From Candidatus Latescibacterota bacterium (lineage in GTDB: Bacteria > Latescibacterota > UBA2968 > UBA8231), in contig CBDCXV010000001.1 of NCBI GenBank assembly GCA_965223905.1, positions 1,280,001 through 1,344,000 of the forward strand: 64,000 bases of DNA, read 5' to 3'. The position numbers and the translations under genes are program-made. The notes beneath the pieces were generated by a model. That model was not told the DNA's origin. It was given only the letters and a program-made list of their open reading frames with translations, and made no database searches. Below, one piece after another: positions 30,351-39,989 of the stretch; position 1 is the first letter of the stretch; each line of letters opens with the position of its first letter.

Positions 30351-31289
30351 TCAGGACGGTTCGTTCCAGCGGCTGTCGCTGTGGGAGACCGACCACATGC
30401 GCGGCTTGTACGCGCCGCCGGCGCCGGCGGGGGTGCCGAGCCTGCGGTGGCGCTCCGGCCAGGTCCAGAACGGGCGGCCGAAAAGCAGCTCCCTCACCTC
30501 CTCGGACTGGGTCTCGAGGAACTCCGGGGTCGGTTCCCACCCGGCCATCGCCATGTCCTTGGGATGCGAGTAGCCGCCGATGATGATGGCGCGCTCCCCG
30601 TCCCCCCGGTTCTGCCCGGTGGCGTGGATGAGGGTTTCGCACATCACCAGGGTCGAGCCGGCAGGGGCCGCCACCTGGTGGACGAGGGCGGGATCCTCGT
30701 ACGCGGCGCCGACCATGTCGTCTTCGCGGCAGTTCAGCTTGTGGCTTCCGGCAATGACCGCGGTGCCCCCGTCCTCGGGACCGAGGTCCCGCAGGTTGGT
30801 CAGGGTCTTGACGAAGGTGCAGTGGTAGAGGCCGCCGTAGGTGTAGCTGTCGAAGCCGGGCTGGCCGCCGCGATGCCACTGGTAGCGGAACCGGGCCCCG
30901 GGGTCGAAGTCCGGGAGGCGCCGGTTGACGATGGCCGCGGATTCGTCGAGACGCACCTTGCCGCCGACCACCTCCTCGACGAGGGCGACGAGCCGGGGGT
31001 GGGTGAGATAGCGGCAGAACGCCGGGTGCGCCTGGACGAGGTGGCCCCAGCTGAAATAGTGCGGCGGCTTCCAGGACTCGACGCGGGCGCAATCGATCAC
31101 CGCTTCGGCGGGGTTCTCCTCGGCCTCGAAGCGGACGCGCAGCTCTTCCAGGGCGGCCAGCAGCTCTTCGCACTCGGCCGCGGTCAGCGCGTTCTCGATG
31201 ACGACGTAGCCGTTGACCTCGAAATGCAGGCGCTGCGCCGGGGTCATCGCCGGGAAGGAGTCGTCGGTTTGCAATGGTTGTTCAGTCAT
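30351..31289 (-). CDS. PhyH family Fe/2OG enzyme, HxG variant
   Basis: FEVNGYVVIENAL, WHRGG, DGGTAVIAGSHK, LIHAT. Confidence 0.88.
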   Translation of the reverse strand: MTEQPLQTDDSFPAMTPAQRLHFEVNGYVVIENALTAAECEELLAALEELRVRFEAEENPAEAVIDCARVESWKPPHYFSWGHLVQAHPAFCRYLTHPRLVALVEEVVGGKVRLDESAAIVNRRLPDFDPGARFRYQWHRGGQPGFDSYTYGGLYHCTFVKTLTNLRDLGPEDGGTAVIAGSHKLNCREDDMVGAAYEDPALVHQVAAPAGSTLVMCETLIHATGQNRGDGERAIIIGGYSHPKDMAMAGWEPTPEFLETQSEEVRELLFGRPFWTWPERHRRLGTPAGAGGAYKPRMWSVSHSDSRWNEPS

Positions 31290-31581
31290 GAAAAGTCCGT
31301 GGTGAGGTGCGATGAGGTGATGGGAAAGAAAGGGACCGATCCTTTCGGAGATTTCTGGGAATTTCGGGAAGTCCTCCAGCGGCTGCGAATGCCATGGGGC
31401 AAGGCCCAGCAGGGCGTGCGGCCGCCGGGCGGGCGTGAATCGACAGGACTGTTATCAATTCACCTTCCTGCCCCGTCATGTATTCAGGGGGCCGGATTGT
31501 GGAAGCAACACGACAACCTGCACCCTGGCCAACACGTCGGCCACCTGTACATGTCATGTCAAAGAGCCGAAGGAATACCGG

Positions 31582-32484
31582 ATGGCGAACTTCGACACCA
31601 TCTCGAAATACCTGGTTCAAACCTATCCCGGCGATTTCGCCCGCTTCACTCTCGGTCGAGAAGACGTCGAGGTCCTCGAGCTGCTCGACAACGAGCAGCC
31701 GACCCCGCAAACCCCCCGCACCGACAGCACCCTTCGCGTGCGTATCGGCGGCGAGGAGGTGTTGGTCCATACCGAATTTCAAACCACCGACAGCACCCAT
31801 GTCCCCATGCCGAGACGCATGGCCGGCTATATCGGGCGCGCCATTGAACGCCATGGCCTGCCGGTTTTTTCCAGCGTCCTCTACCTGCGTCCCAATGCGG
31901 GGAGAAAGGATCCAGGGCACCATCTTCAGGAACGTCCCGGTCACCGGATTCTGGTTGAATACAAGGTGATACGGCTGATCGAGCTGGACGGCCAACACAT
32001 TCTCGAGGAAGGTCATCCGGGGCTGATTCCGTTCGCTCCGCTGATTAGGCCGCCTGCAGGGCTGGAGGCGGCGGGGTGGTTGAGTCAGTGTATCCACGCA
32101 GCCCATGCGCTGCCGATAGATCGGGCCGCCCAAGCCGACCTGCTCTCCGGCCTTTCGATTCTGAGCGGGTTGGTTTACGGGTCCGAAACCATTACTGATC
32201 TTATCTCCAGGGAGGGCATCATGGATATCCTGCGCGAATCGTCTTTTGCTCAATACCTCACCCAGCAGGCCAGAGAGGAAGGCAAAGAGGAAGGCATCGA
32301 GCAAGGGCTCCGGGAAAGTATCCGCGACGTGCTGGAAATTCGATTCGGTCTCGGCGCGGCGGACACTTTGGCCCCCCTCGTTGCGGCCATCAGTGACGTG
32401 CAACACCTCAAACAGTTGCACCGGGCGGCGATCCAGGTGGCCAGCCTGGAGGAATTCCGAGCCCTGGTGGAGGCTGCGGAGTAG
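31582..32484 (+). CDS. Rpn-like (recombination-promoting nuclease/putative transposase) PD-(D/E)xK protein
   Basis: FDTISKYL, RTDS, HTEFQT, MPRRMAGY, LRES, EEGKEEGIEQG, LEIRFG. Confidence 0.85.
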   Translation: MANFDTISKYLVQTYPGDFARFTLGREDVEVLELLDNEQPTPQTPRTDSTLRVRIGGEEVLVHTEFQTTDSTHVPMPRRMAGYIGRAIERHGLPVFSSVLYLRPNAGRKDPGHHLQERPGHRILVEYKVIRLIELDGQHILEEGHPGLIPFAPLIRPPAGLEAAGWLSQCIHAAHALPIDRAAQADLLSGLSILSGLVYGSETITDLISREGIMDILRESSFAQYLTQQAREEGKEEGIEQGLRESIRDVLEIRFGLGAADTLAPLVAAISDVQHLKQLHRAAIQVASLEEFRALVEAAE

Positions 32485-32585
32485 GAGGGTACCCGCCAAC
32501 GGAACGGGATCTGTATTTGCGCTCCTGCCGCCTGAAGGCAGGAGGGGCGAAGTCAGGATGCTGCTGCTCGAGCAGCAGTCGCTGG

Positions 32586-32621
32586 AAAGCCGCCGGGGTT
32601 TCATGCCCGGCGGCTTTTTTT
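32586..32621 (+). terminator. Rho-independent terminator
   Basis: AAAGCCGCCGGG-loop-CCCGGCGGCTTTTTTT downstream of the Rpn-like gene. Confidence 0.85.
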
Positions 32622-32945
32622 GTGGGGCAATGAATCCCGGAAACGCTCCGGGGCAACAAGGTTCTCCGAGTCGCGGACGGAAGATGTGAGGGTGTGGCAA
32701 CATGGCGGGTGACTCGCAGGTAGGCGGGGCTGCGGGACAGCGGCTCGAAAGGGCTGGTATTTGCGGGTTCCAGGGTGTCCTTCACCCACCACCACAGGCA
32801 GCACGGCCGATTCAGGGGTGATGGTGCGGTCCGCACCAGCGGTGCCTGTCCGGGAAAGGCCGGTACACCCGGAGCACGCGGCCCCGGTCGATGGAGCGTC
32901 CGCCCGGGGCGACGGACAATCAGAAGGGAGAAGGCAGGAGGCCGT

Positions 32946-33867
32946 TCAGTCTGCGAACCAGCGCATTCCGCACCTGAGCTCGCGGTCGTCGAAGGCGAGG
33001 CTGTACGGGTCGCAGCGCCGGAACACGACGGCGCCGTCGGTGCGCACGACGAGCCAGCCGAAGTCCCAGTTGCCGCTCTCGTAGCGCATCGGGATCGCGG
33101 GCCGCACCCGGATCACCGGTTGGGTGCCGGCTATGAACAGGCGCCTGTCGGTGTAGTAGTAGCCGGAGTGGGTTTCGACGAAGAGCTCGTGCCGGAGGCC
33201 GTCGCCGCCGAGGTCGGCGCACAGGCCCTCGATGGCGACCTTGACGGCGCTGCCGCGCGCGAACGCGTCGGCCAGCTCGGCGACCGAGCCCCCGGTGACG
33301 CGGCCGTCGGCGCCGTGGGCGAGCAGCTGCCGCCAGCGGTCGCTGACGTTGAAGCGGAAGCGGTCGAAGTCGTAGACGAAGTTGTAGCTCGGGGCGTTGG
33401 TGTCCGTGTCCCAGCTGTCCCGGGCGTGGTACTTCGACATGGTCCCCGGCGACGGGGGCCCCGAAGGGCCGGGGGCGCCGCGCGGAGATTCGCCGTCGAG
33501 ATGGGGCCGGGCGATCGCCTGGCCGCCGTCCTGGTTGTAGAGGAAGAAGGACATCGACGGGCGCGGACCGAAGCCGTGGGGGAGATCGACTGGCTGCCTC
33601 AGGCTCATGATTCCGGCGACCCAGCGGCCGTCGACGAGGTAGGTGACGCGGAATTCGGCGACCTCCTGGACGAGCTCGTCGTCGTCGGAGGTCACGTCGA
33701 TATGCTCGTTGTGACGGAACTCGGTGTAGATGCGGAGGTCCTCGCCGGCGCCGACTGCGGCGGCCAGGGCCTGCTCGCTGCCTCCGGATAAGTTGCGGGA
33801 GGGGGGTGGTTGCGGCTGTAGCGTCGAGCTCGAGAACGCATCTCCATCTGCCGGTCGGGGTATCCAC
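32946..33867 (-). pseudogene. Hypothetical protein frameshifted near its 5' end by a 19-nt insertion
   Basis: RBS AAAGGAA + GTG 33867 gives MDTPTGRWRCVLELDA; removing 19 nt near 33801-33819 joins it in frame to SRNLSGGSEQAL...; internal two-fold repeat (SGGSEQALAAA / TGGSVAELADA). Confidence 0.7.
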
Positions 33868-34122
33868 GGGGGTTCCTTTCTTTGCAGGGCTGTAGGAACC
33901 GATTCAGGACCAGCTCGTTGAGGGGGTGGTTGCGGCTGCAGTACCCCCCAGTCGCTTCGGCCGGGGTGAGTTCCTCCGGAATTCCCGCCGGTCCTGTGAG
34001 ACTCGAGATGGAAGGCGAAGACCTTCATCGGGGGCGAAATTACGAGGCTCCCGCGCGTTGCCACCACTCCGGGCCTTGGCGTTCTTTTGCCGCCGAAGTC
34101 CCATCCTACCGAGGACCCACCC

Positions 34123-35073
34123 ATGCTGAAAGCAGGATTCATCGGCGCCGGCGGCCGCGCCCGCAGCGCCCACTACCCCGCCCTCGCCCGCCTCGACGGC
34201 GTCGACATCGTCGCCGTCTGCGAGCTCGACCCGGAACGGATGCAGCTCGTCGTCGACGAGTACGGCTTCGACAGGACCTTCAGCGACCACCGCGAGATGC
34301 TCGCCGCGGTCGACCTCGACGTCGTCTACTGCGTCATGCACGAGAGATGGCTGCTGCGTCCGGCCCTCGACTGCCTCAACGCCGGCAAGCACCTGTTCAT
34401 CGAAAAGCCGCCGGGCGCCAACAGCGCCGAGACCCGGCAGATGCTCGACGCCGCGGTCGCCAACGACGTCTTCTGCATCGTCGGCCTGCAGCGCCGCTAC
34501 GCCGCGGTCAACCGCGAGGCCGTGCGCCGCGTCGCCGCCAAGGGGCCGGTCTCGGTCGCCAGCGTCACCTTCAACAAGCAGATCCTCGGCGGCGACGGCC
34601 GCGAGTTCAGCACCACCCTGTGGGAGGACGTCGTTCACGTCGTCGACCTGCTGCGCCACTTGGCCGGCGGCGAGCCGCTCGAGGTCAAGGCGTACCGCGA
34701 CTGTTTCGGCAGCCGGAGCCGCAACTGCTACACCTCGATGATCCGCTTCGACAGCGGCGCCACCGGGGTCGTGTTCGGCAACCGCGCCTCCGGGGGACGC
34801 GTGCTGCGCTCCGAGCTGCACGGCGTCGGCATCGGCTGCTACATGAAGATCCCCGGGGAGATCGAGATCCTCGAGGACGGCGAGACCACCGTCATGGGCG
34901 GCTGGGAGGTCGACGGCGTTCCCGAAGAGGACGTGCGGGCCTACGAAGGCACCCTCACCATGCACGAGCATTTTTTGGACTGTATCCGGAACGGCAACGC
35001 ACCCCTGACCGATCTGCGCGACGTGATTCACACCATCGAGCTCGTCGACCGGATCGAGGGCCCGCTGCCCTGA
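34123..35073 (+). CDS. Gfo/Idh/MocA oxidoreductase
   Basis: FIGAGG, HLFIEKP, GLQRRY, HVVDLL. Confidence 0.92.
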   Translation: MLKAGFIGAGGRARSAHYPALARLDGVDIVAVCELDPERMQLVVDEYGFDRTFSDHREMLAAVDLDVVYCVMHERWLLRPALDCLNAGKHLFIEKPPGANSAETRQMLDAAVANDVFCIVGLQRRYAAVNREAVRRVAAKGPVSVASVTFNKQILGGDGREFSTTLWEDVVHVVDLLRHLAGGEPLEVKAYRDCFGSRSRNCYTSMIRFDSGATGVVFGNRASGGRVLRSELHGVGIGCYMKIPGEIEILEDGETTVMGGWEVDGVPEEDVRAYEGTLTMHEHFLDCIRNGNAPLTDLRDVIHTIELVDRIEGPLP

Positions 35074-35095
35074 CAAAGCTCGAGGAGACCACAGC

Positions 35096-36361
35096 ATGCC
35101 GGAACTGACCGGGCGCAAGCTCGACCTCTACCTGCAGCAGGGCTACCTGCTGATCGAAGACGTCTTCGACCCCTCCCTGTTCGACAACCTGAAAGGCGAG
35201 ATAGACGGGATGGTCTCCGCGGCCGCGGAACGCGCCCATGCGGAGGGGCGGCTCGACGACCTGTTCGAGAGCGAGCCGTTCTCACGCCGTCTCGCCCGCG
35301 TCGCCGAGGCCCTCGGCCATCCCGCGGAGATGCTGCGGCCGTTCCACGGCAAGCTGCGCACCCCGGGCATGTTCGAGATCGTCACCGCCCCGGCCATCCT
35401 CGACATCGTCGAGTCGGTCATCGGCCCGGAGATCCTCGCCCACCCTCAGTTCAACCTGCGCGCCAAGCTGCCCGACCAGGACGAGGGGGTCGTGCCCTGG
35501 CACCAGGACCTCGGCTACCTGCAGCCCGACGCCTCGGACACCTTCATGGTGAACTTCTGGATTCCGATGGTCGACGCGACCCGCGAGAACGGCTGCATGG
35601 AGGTAATCGCCGGCAGCCACAAGGCGCCCCTGATCCCGCACGAGCACGGCATGGGGCCGGCCGCCAACTTCAAGGGCATCCCGGACGAGCACCTGCCCCC
35701 CGGAGAGCAGGTCACGTGCGAGATCGCCGTGGGCGGCGTGCTGCTGATCATGCACAAGACCCTGCACCGCTCCATTCCCAACCGCTCCGACCACATCCGC
35801 TGGAGCCTCGATCTGCGCTACAACGACCCGGCCATGCCGACAGGACGCGACGGCGTCCCCGGCTTCATCGCCCGCAGCGCCGCCGACCCGGGCGCGGTCT
35901 GCACCGGGGTGGAGGAGTGGGACGAGATCATGGCCCCCGCCCGGTCAGCGGCTGATCCTTTTCGATTTGTACGGCGCCTGACACTGTCGTTAACGGCCGC
36001 GGTCGAGGGCGGACGGGGCCGGAAGCGCCGATTCGAGACATGGGTCCGGCAATCCTTCCGGTATCGCTGCCTTCACGGGCGCGGTCGATGGCAGTTCCAG
36101 CCGGCCCGGAAGCGGCAATCCGCACACGGGTCCGGCAATCCCTCCGGCCCCGCTGTCGATCACGGCGACGGTCGATGGCGGTTCCAGCGGGCCGGAAGCG
36201 CGATTCCATACGGGTTCGCAATGCCCTCTGCGCCGCTGCTGTTGGGGGGGCGTAAGGTTGCGGTGCCAACCGCTCAGCCGGCGCCCTGCCGAACCACCCA
36301 CCTGTACCGCTGTCCGGGTTCGTCGCTTCGTATGGGGGGTCGTTGCCTCGTGTGTAGTTGA
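35096..36361 (+). CDS. PhyH family dioxygenase (domain ends ~35940; ORF reads on through repeats)
   Basis: PWHQD, NGCMEVIAGSH, LHRS, RWSLDLRY; non-coding-like tail after ~35960. Confidence 0.85.
   Translation: MPELTGRKLDLYLQQGYLLIEDVFDPSLFDNLKGEIDGMVSAAAERAHAEGRLDDLFESEPFSRRLARVAEALGHPAEMLRPFHGKLRTPGMFEIVTAPAILDIVESVIGPEILAHPQFNLRAKLPDQDEGVVPWHQDLGYLQPDASDTFMVNFWIPMVDATRENGCMEVIAGSHKAPLIPHEHGMGPAANFKGIPDEHLPPGEQVTCEIAVGGVLLIMHKTLHRSIPNRSDHIRWSLDLRYNDPAMPTGRDGVPGFIARSAADPGAVCTGVEEWDEIMAPARSAADPFRFVRRLTLSLTAAVEGGRGRKRRFETWVRQSFRYRCLHGRGRWQFQPARKRQSAHGSGNPSGPAVDHGDGRWRFQRAGSAIPYGFAMPSAPLLLGGRKVAVPTAQPAPCRTTHLYRCPGSSLRMGGRCLVCS
35994..36243. repeat. Three degenerate ~82-87-bp tandem repeats
   Basis: Units start at 35994, 36076 and 36163 and share CGGTCGA.GGC, CCGGAAGCG, GGGT.C..CAAT. 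Confidence 0.85.
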
Positions 36362-36470
36362 TCGCCCAATGGTGGCCATGGGCAGCCGGTCGATTCCACA
36401 GAAGGCACCATGCCGCCCGTGCCGAGCCGCCGGTTGCGCTGCGAGGCGGTCGGCGCACCCGGTCTCCGCC

Positions 36471-37619
36471 TCAAAACTTGATGCCCACCAGTTCCACTTT
36501 CACCTCAAGGACCGGCGCGACCATCCCGTCCCTGCGAACGGCCCCCGGGGAAGGAACCACCCCCGGCATGGGCAGGCCCGGCGCCGTCACGTACGCTCCC
36601 AAGCCCGGAGAACGGCCGGCGTCCCTCGAGGCGAAGAACTCCTGCGAAGCCTCGTAGTCCCGGGTGAACCAGGTCCCCGCCCCGAGCCCCAGGATCCCCC
36701 CTGCCAGCATCATGGCGTAGGTCGGACGGTCCCGGTGGTGGAGATCCGCCAGGACCGCGGTTCCCAGGCCGTAGAGGGAGCCGACGATCCCACCGAGATT
36801 GACCAGCCGCGCCCGTCCTCCGCTCATCCCCAGACGGGGAGCGAGAACTCCCATTTTCAACAGACCCAGGTTTCCTCCGGTCATGGCGCTGGCGAGAAGC
36901 GCGTCGCTGTCCGTCACCTCCAGGCTTTTTGCGGCGCACAGCGCGAACCAGGCGCCCCATATACCCCCGAAGTTGATCAAGGTCGCCTCGCCGGCGGTCA
37001 CGTAGGTCCGGCGCACGATGGAAGAGGCGGCCGCCAGCCCCAGGGCGCCCCCGCCCATGCTTGCCCCGACCACGGTTTTGTAGCCGCTGCCGGCCAGGAC
37101 CGCCGCTCCGATTCCCTGCCAGGTGCCCCAGGCTCCGCCGAGGGCGAGCAGGGAAGCCTGCCCGTTGCCTAGCGGTGCTCCCCGGGTCTGGACGAGAGTG
37201 GTTTTCATGCCGACCACGGGCCCGGCGATCATCCCCAGATAGACCAGTTCCTCGGACTCCGCCAGGATGCCGGTGCCGAGGCCGACCCAGGTCGCGTACA
37301 GGGTTCCGAAGACGGTCAGCCCCACTCTTGCAGGAGGGCTGATGGCGATCTCGACGCCCTTCATGCGGCGGATCTCCGCCTTTCTGTGGCGGGCGAGGCG
37401 GGAGTACATGCTCTCCTCGTAGTTGGCGGCGATCCAGTCGAAACGCCGCAGGGCTTCGTCGTACTCCCCCCGGCCCATCAGTTCGGTCGTGGCCTCGTAC
37501 ATGATCCTCGCTTCCAGGCCCTCGATCCGCCCTGCTTCCTCCCGGGCACCGAGCTGACAGGGCAGCCAGCAGACCGCCCACAGACCCGGGATCACCCACC
37601 TGATCCATATCGAGAGCAT
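36471..37619 (-). CDS. Exported TPR-like + glycine-rich multi-helix membrane protein (paralog 1)
   Basis: Signal-like N-terminus; GEYDEALRRFDWIAANY; three GG.WG.W-type repeats; ends VKVELVGIKF. Confidence 0.8.
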   Translation of the reverse strand: MLSIWIRWVIPGLWAVCWLPCQLGAREEAGRIEGLEARIMYEATTELMGRGEYDEALRRFDWIAANYEESMYSRLARHRKAEIRRMKGVEIAISPPARVGLTVFGTLYATWVGLGTGILAESEELVYLGMIAGPVVGMKTTLVQTRGAPLGNGQASLLALGGAWGTWQGIGAAVLAGSGYKTVVGASMGGGALGLAAASSIVRRTYVTAGEATLINFGGIWGAWFALCAAKSLEVTDSDALLASAMTGGNLGLLKMGVLAPRLGMSGGRARLVNLGGIVGSLYGLGTAVLADLHHRDRPTYAMMLAGGILGLGAGTWFTRDYEASQEFFASRDAGRSPGLGAYVTAPGLPMPGVVPSPGAVRRDGMVAPVLEVKVELVGIKF

Positions 37620-37626
37620 GGCTCTG

Positions 37627-38847
37627 CTAAAACCTGACTTTCAACAGGACGGCGCGGATGGATGCCGAGGGATGCGACGGGCGTTCTCCGGTCAACCTGC
37701 CGGCAGCGGCGGGGACGGATATCCCGGGGGCAGGGGCCGACCAGCTCCATTCTACTTGAGCACTGCCCCGGGCGGAAGCTCCGGATGCGAGGTCGTGCTG
37801 CCTGATCGCGAAACCCGACCAGAGCCCGGCGATGCCTCCCGCCGTTACGATGCCCATGGGCACCGTGGCATTTTCGAAGCTGCCTTGCAGGGCGAGGAGG
37901 CCGACAATGCCGCTGGCCACGAAAGTGCCCGCCACTCCCCCCAGGTTGACCATGCGGGCCTGCTCCCGGCTCAGCTCAATCCGGGGGACCAGCATCGCCA
38001 TGGCGGCAAGGCCCAGGTTCCCCCCAGTCAGGGAACTCTTCAGGACCCCGTCGTCATCCGCTTCGGCCATGACCGAGAGACAGAATCCGAACCACGTTCC
38101 CCAGAGTCCCGCGTAGTCGAGAAGACTGGCGTCCCCCGTGCTGACGTCGGCAACGCGGGTGAGCGCCGCACTGCCGGCGATGCCGGCCAGTCCCCCCGCC
38201 ATCGAAAACGCGGTCAGTCGCCGGTCGGAGGGTTCGTCTCCGGAGGCGACGGTCCATCCGAACCCCTGCCAGGTTCCCCAGAGACCGCCGAGCCGGACGA
38301 GGGCTGCCTGCCCCGGACTCAGGGCCGCATCCCGGGTCAGGAGATGGGTGGTGAGCAGGCCGGCGGGGGCGCCGCTCATCATGCCCGCGGCCAGGGCCTG
38401 GTCCGAGTCCGCCCCCGCGACGATGGCCGTTCCCACCCCCAGCCAGGTTGAGTAGAGCGTGCCGTACACGAGTGCGCCGGTGCGGCCTGCCTGGTCGCCG
38501 GGTCCGCGGTCGCCCTGATGCAGACCCAGCTCGTCGAGGCGTCTTTTCCGTTCGGCAGCGAGGGCGGCGGGCAGGGTTCCGGGATACCTGTCGGTTATTT
38601 CGCCCAGGTAGTCGTAAGCCGTGCCGTACTGGCCATCGGCGAGCGCCGTGAATGCGCTCTCGTACAGCTTTTCGACCTCTGTTTCAGCCGCGGCTTTTTC
38701 CCCGGCCTGAAGCGCGTGGACCGGGACCAGGAGCAGGAGGGCGGCAACCGTGGCATGCGGTATGGGTAAACGGGCTCGGATTGTCGGCAGGAAGGGCATC
38801 TTCTGAAGCAGCCGGAGTGGGGTTCTTATCACGGGAGCGGATTTCAC
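37627..38847 (-). CDS. Exported TPR-like + glycine-rich multi-helix membrane protein (paralog 2)
   Basis: GQYGTAYDYLGEITDRYP; YGTLYSTWLGVG; same repeats; ends VLLKVRF; start uncertain. Confidence 0.8.
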   Translation of the reverse strand: MKSAPVIRTPLRLLQKMPFLPTIRARLPIPHATVAALLLLVPVHALQAGEKAAAETEVEKLYESAFTALADGQYGTAYDYLGEITDRYPGTLPAALAAERKRRLDELGLHQGDRGPGDQAGRTGALVYGTLYSTWLGVGTAIVAGADSDQALAAGMMSGAPAGLLTTHLLTRDAALSPGQAALVRLGGLWGTWQGFGWTVASGDEPSDRRLTAFSMAGGLAGIAGSAALTRVADVSTGDASLLDYAGLWGTWFGFCLSVMAEADDDGVLKSSLTGGNLGLAAMAMLVPRIELSREQARMVNLGGVAGTFVASGIVGLLALQGSFENATVPMGIVTAGGIAGLWSGFAIRQHDLASGASARGSAQVEWSWSAPAPGISVPAAAGRLTGERPSHPSASIRAVLLKVRF

Positions 38848-39158
38848 CTGAGTATCTTACGGTTGACCGGGCCTTGGACAAACACCCCGGATCGAGCAGA
38901 CCGGATGACCAGACGCAAGTCGCCGTCACCAGAGCGGCCGGGTACTCCGATCACTTCCTCTGCGATTTTTTTGGGATACAACTCCACATTTGTATTGATA
39001 ATTCTGTATTGATAATTCGGGAGTTGGGGTCACATTTCCCGTGGTGGCGCCAGTGTACGGGAATAGCAGGAGAACGGCGCCCGGGCAGGAATGTAACCGC
39101 GTGCCCCGGCCTTCCCCGGCCGTTGCCCGCCCCCATGTACCCTCGTTACTATTCGTCC

Positions 39159-39989
39159 ATGCTGCTGACTGATGCCCACCCCCAGATGGAACGCGACCTG
39201 CGCTTCTACCCCGCTGAAAACAGGCACCCGAAAACCCTCACCCGCGCCCAGGTCGACCAGTTCAACCGGAAGGGGTTCGTCTTTCCCCTCGACGTCTTCG
39301 ACGAGTCCGAAGCCGGGGCGAACCGCGCCTGGTTCGACGACCTGATGCAGCGGGCCGCGGCCGCGGGCCACAACAGCTATTCGATCAACGGCTGGGACAG
39401 GTACTGTTCGGCCATCTACGATCTCGCGGTCGAGCCCCGCATCCTCGATTTCGTCGAGGACCTGCTCGGCCCGGATCTCATCTGCACAATGACCCATTTC
39501 TTCTGCAAGGAACCGGGGGAGAAAAAGCAGGTCGCCTGGCACCAGGACGCCTCCTACTGGGCGATCACTCCCAGCCAGATCGTGACCGTGTGGCTGGCGA
39601 TCGACGACGTCGGCATGGACAACGGGCCGATGACGGTGATCCCCGGCTCCCACCTGCACGGCCAGATTCCCTATCAGAAAATTGGCGACATGTCGGCCAA
39701 CGTGCTCAGCCAGTCGGTGCCGAACCCCCTCGACTGGGGGGACGAGCCGGTTCCTTTCGTCATGAAGGCGGGCCAGGTGTCGCTGCACAGCGACCTGCTG
39801 CTGCACGGCTCGGTGCCGAACAACTCGGCCCGCAGGCGCTGCGGACTGACCCTGCGCTACAACCCGCCCGACGTGCGCCTGGAGCAGACCAGGGAAGCGT
39901 CCGCCATCGTCGCCCGCGGCCGCGACCTGTCCGGATACTGGCAGCACCGGAAGCGCCCCGACGGGAACGGGATTCCCGATCCCAGGTAG
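39159..39989 (+). CDS. PhyH family dioxygenase
   Basis: AWHQDASYW, VWLAIDD, IPGSH, LLHGS, RRCGLTLRY. Confidence 0.92.
   Translation: MLLTDAHPQMERDLRFYPAENRHPKTLTRAQVDQFNRKGFVFPLDVFDESEAGANRAWFDDLMQRAAAAGHNSYSINGWDRYCSAIYDLAVEPRILDFVEDLLGPDLICTMTHFFCKEPGEKKQVAWHQDASYWAITPSQIVTVWLAIDDVGMDNGPMTVIPGSHLHGQIPYQKIGDMSANVLSQSVPNPLDWGDEPVPFVMKAGQVSLHSDLLLHGSVPNNSARRRCGLTLRYNPPDVRLEQTREASAIVARGRDLSGYWQHRKRPDGNGIPDPR

Noticed and set aside
35994-36243. CRISPR array
   Set aside because: Units are degenerate along their whole length with no constant repeat/unique spacer structure; no cas genes.
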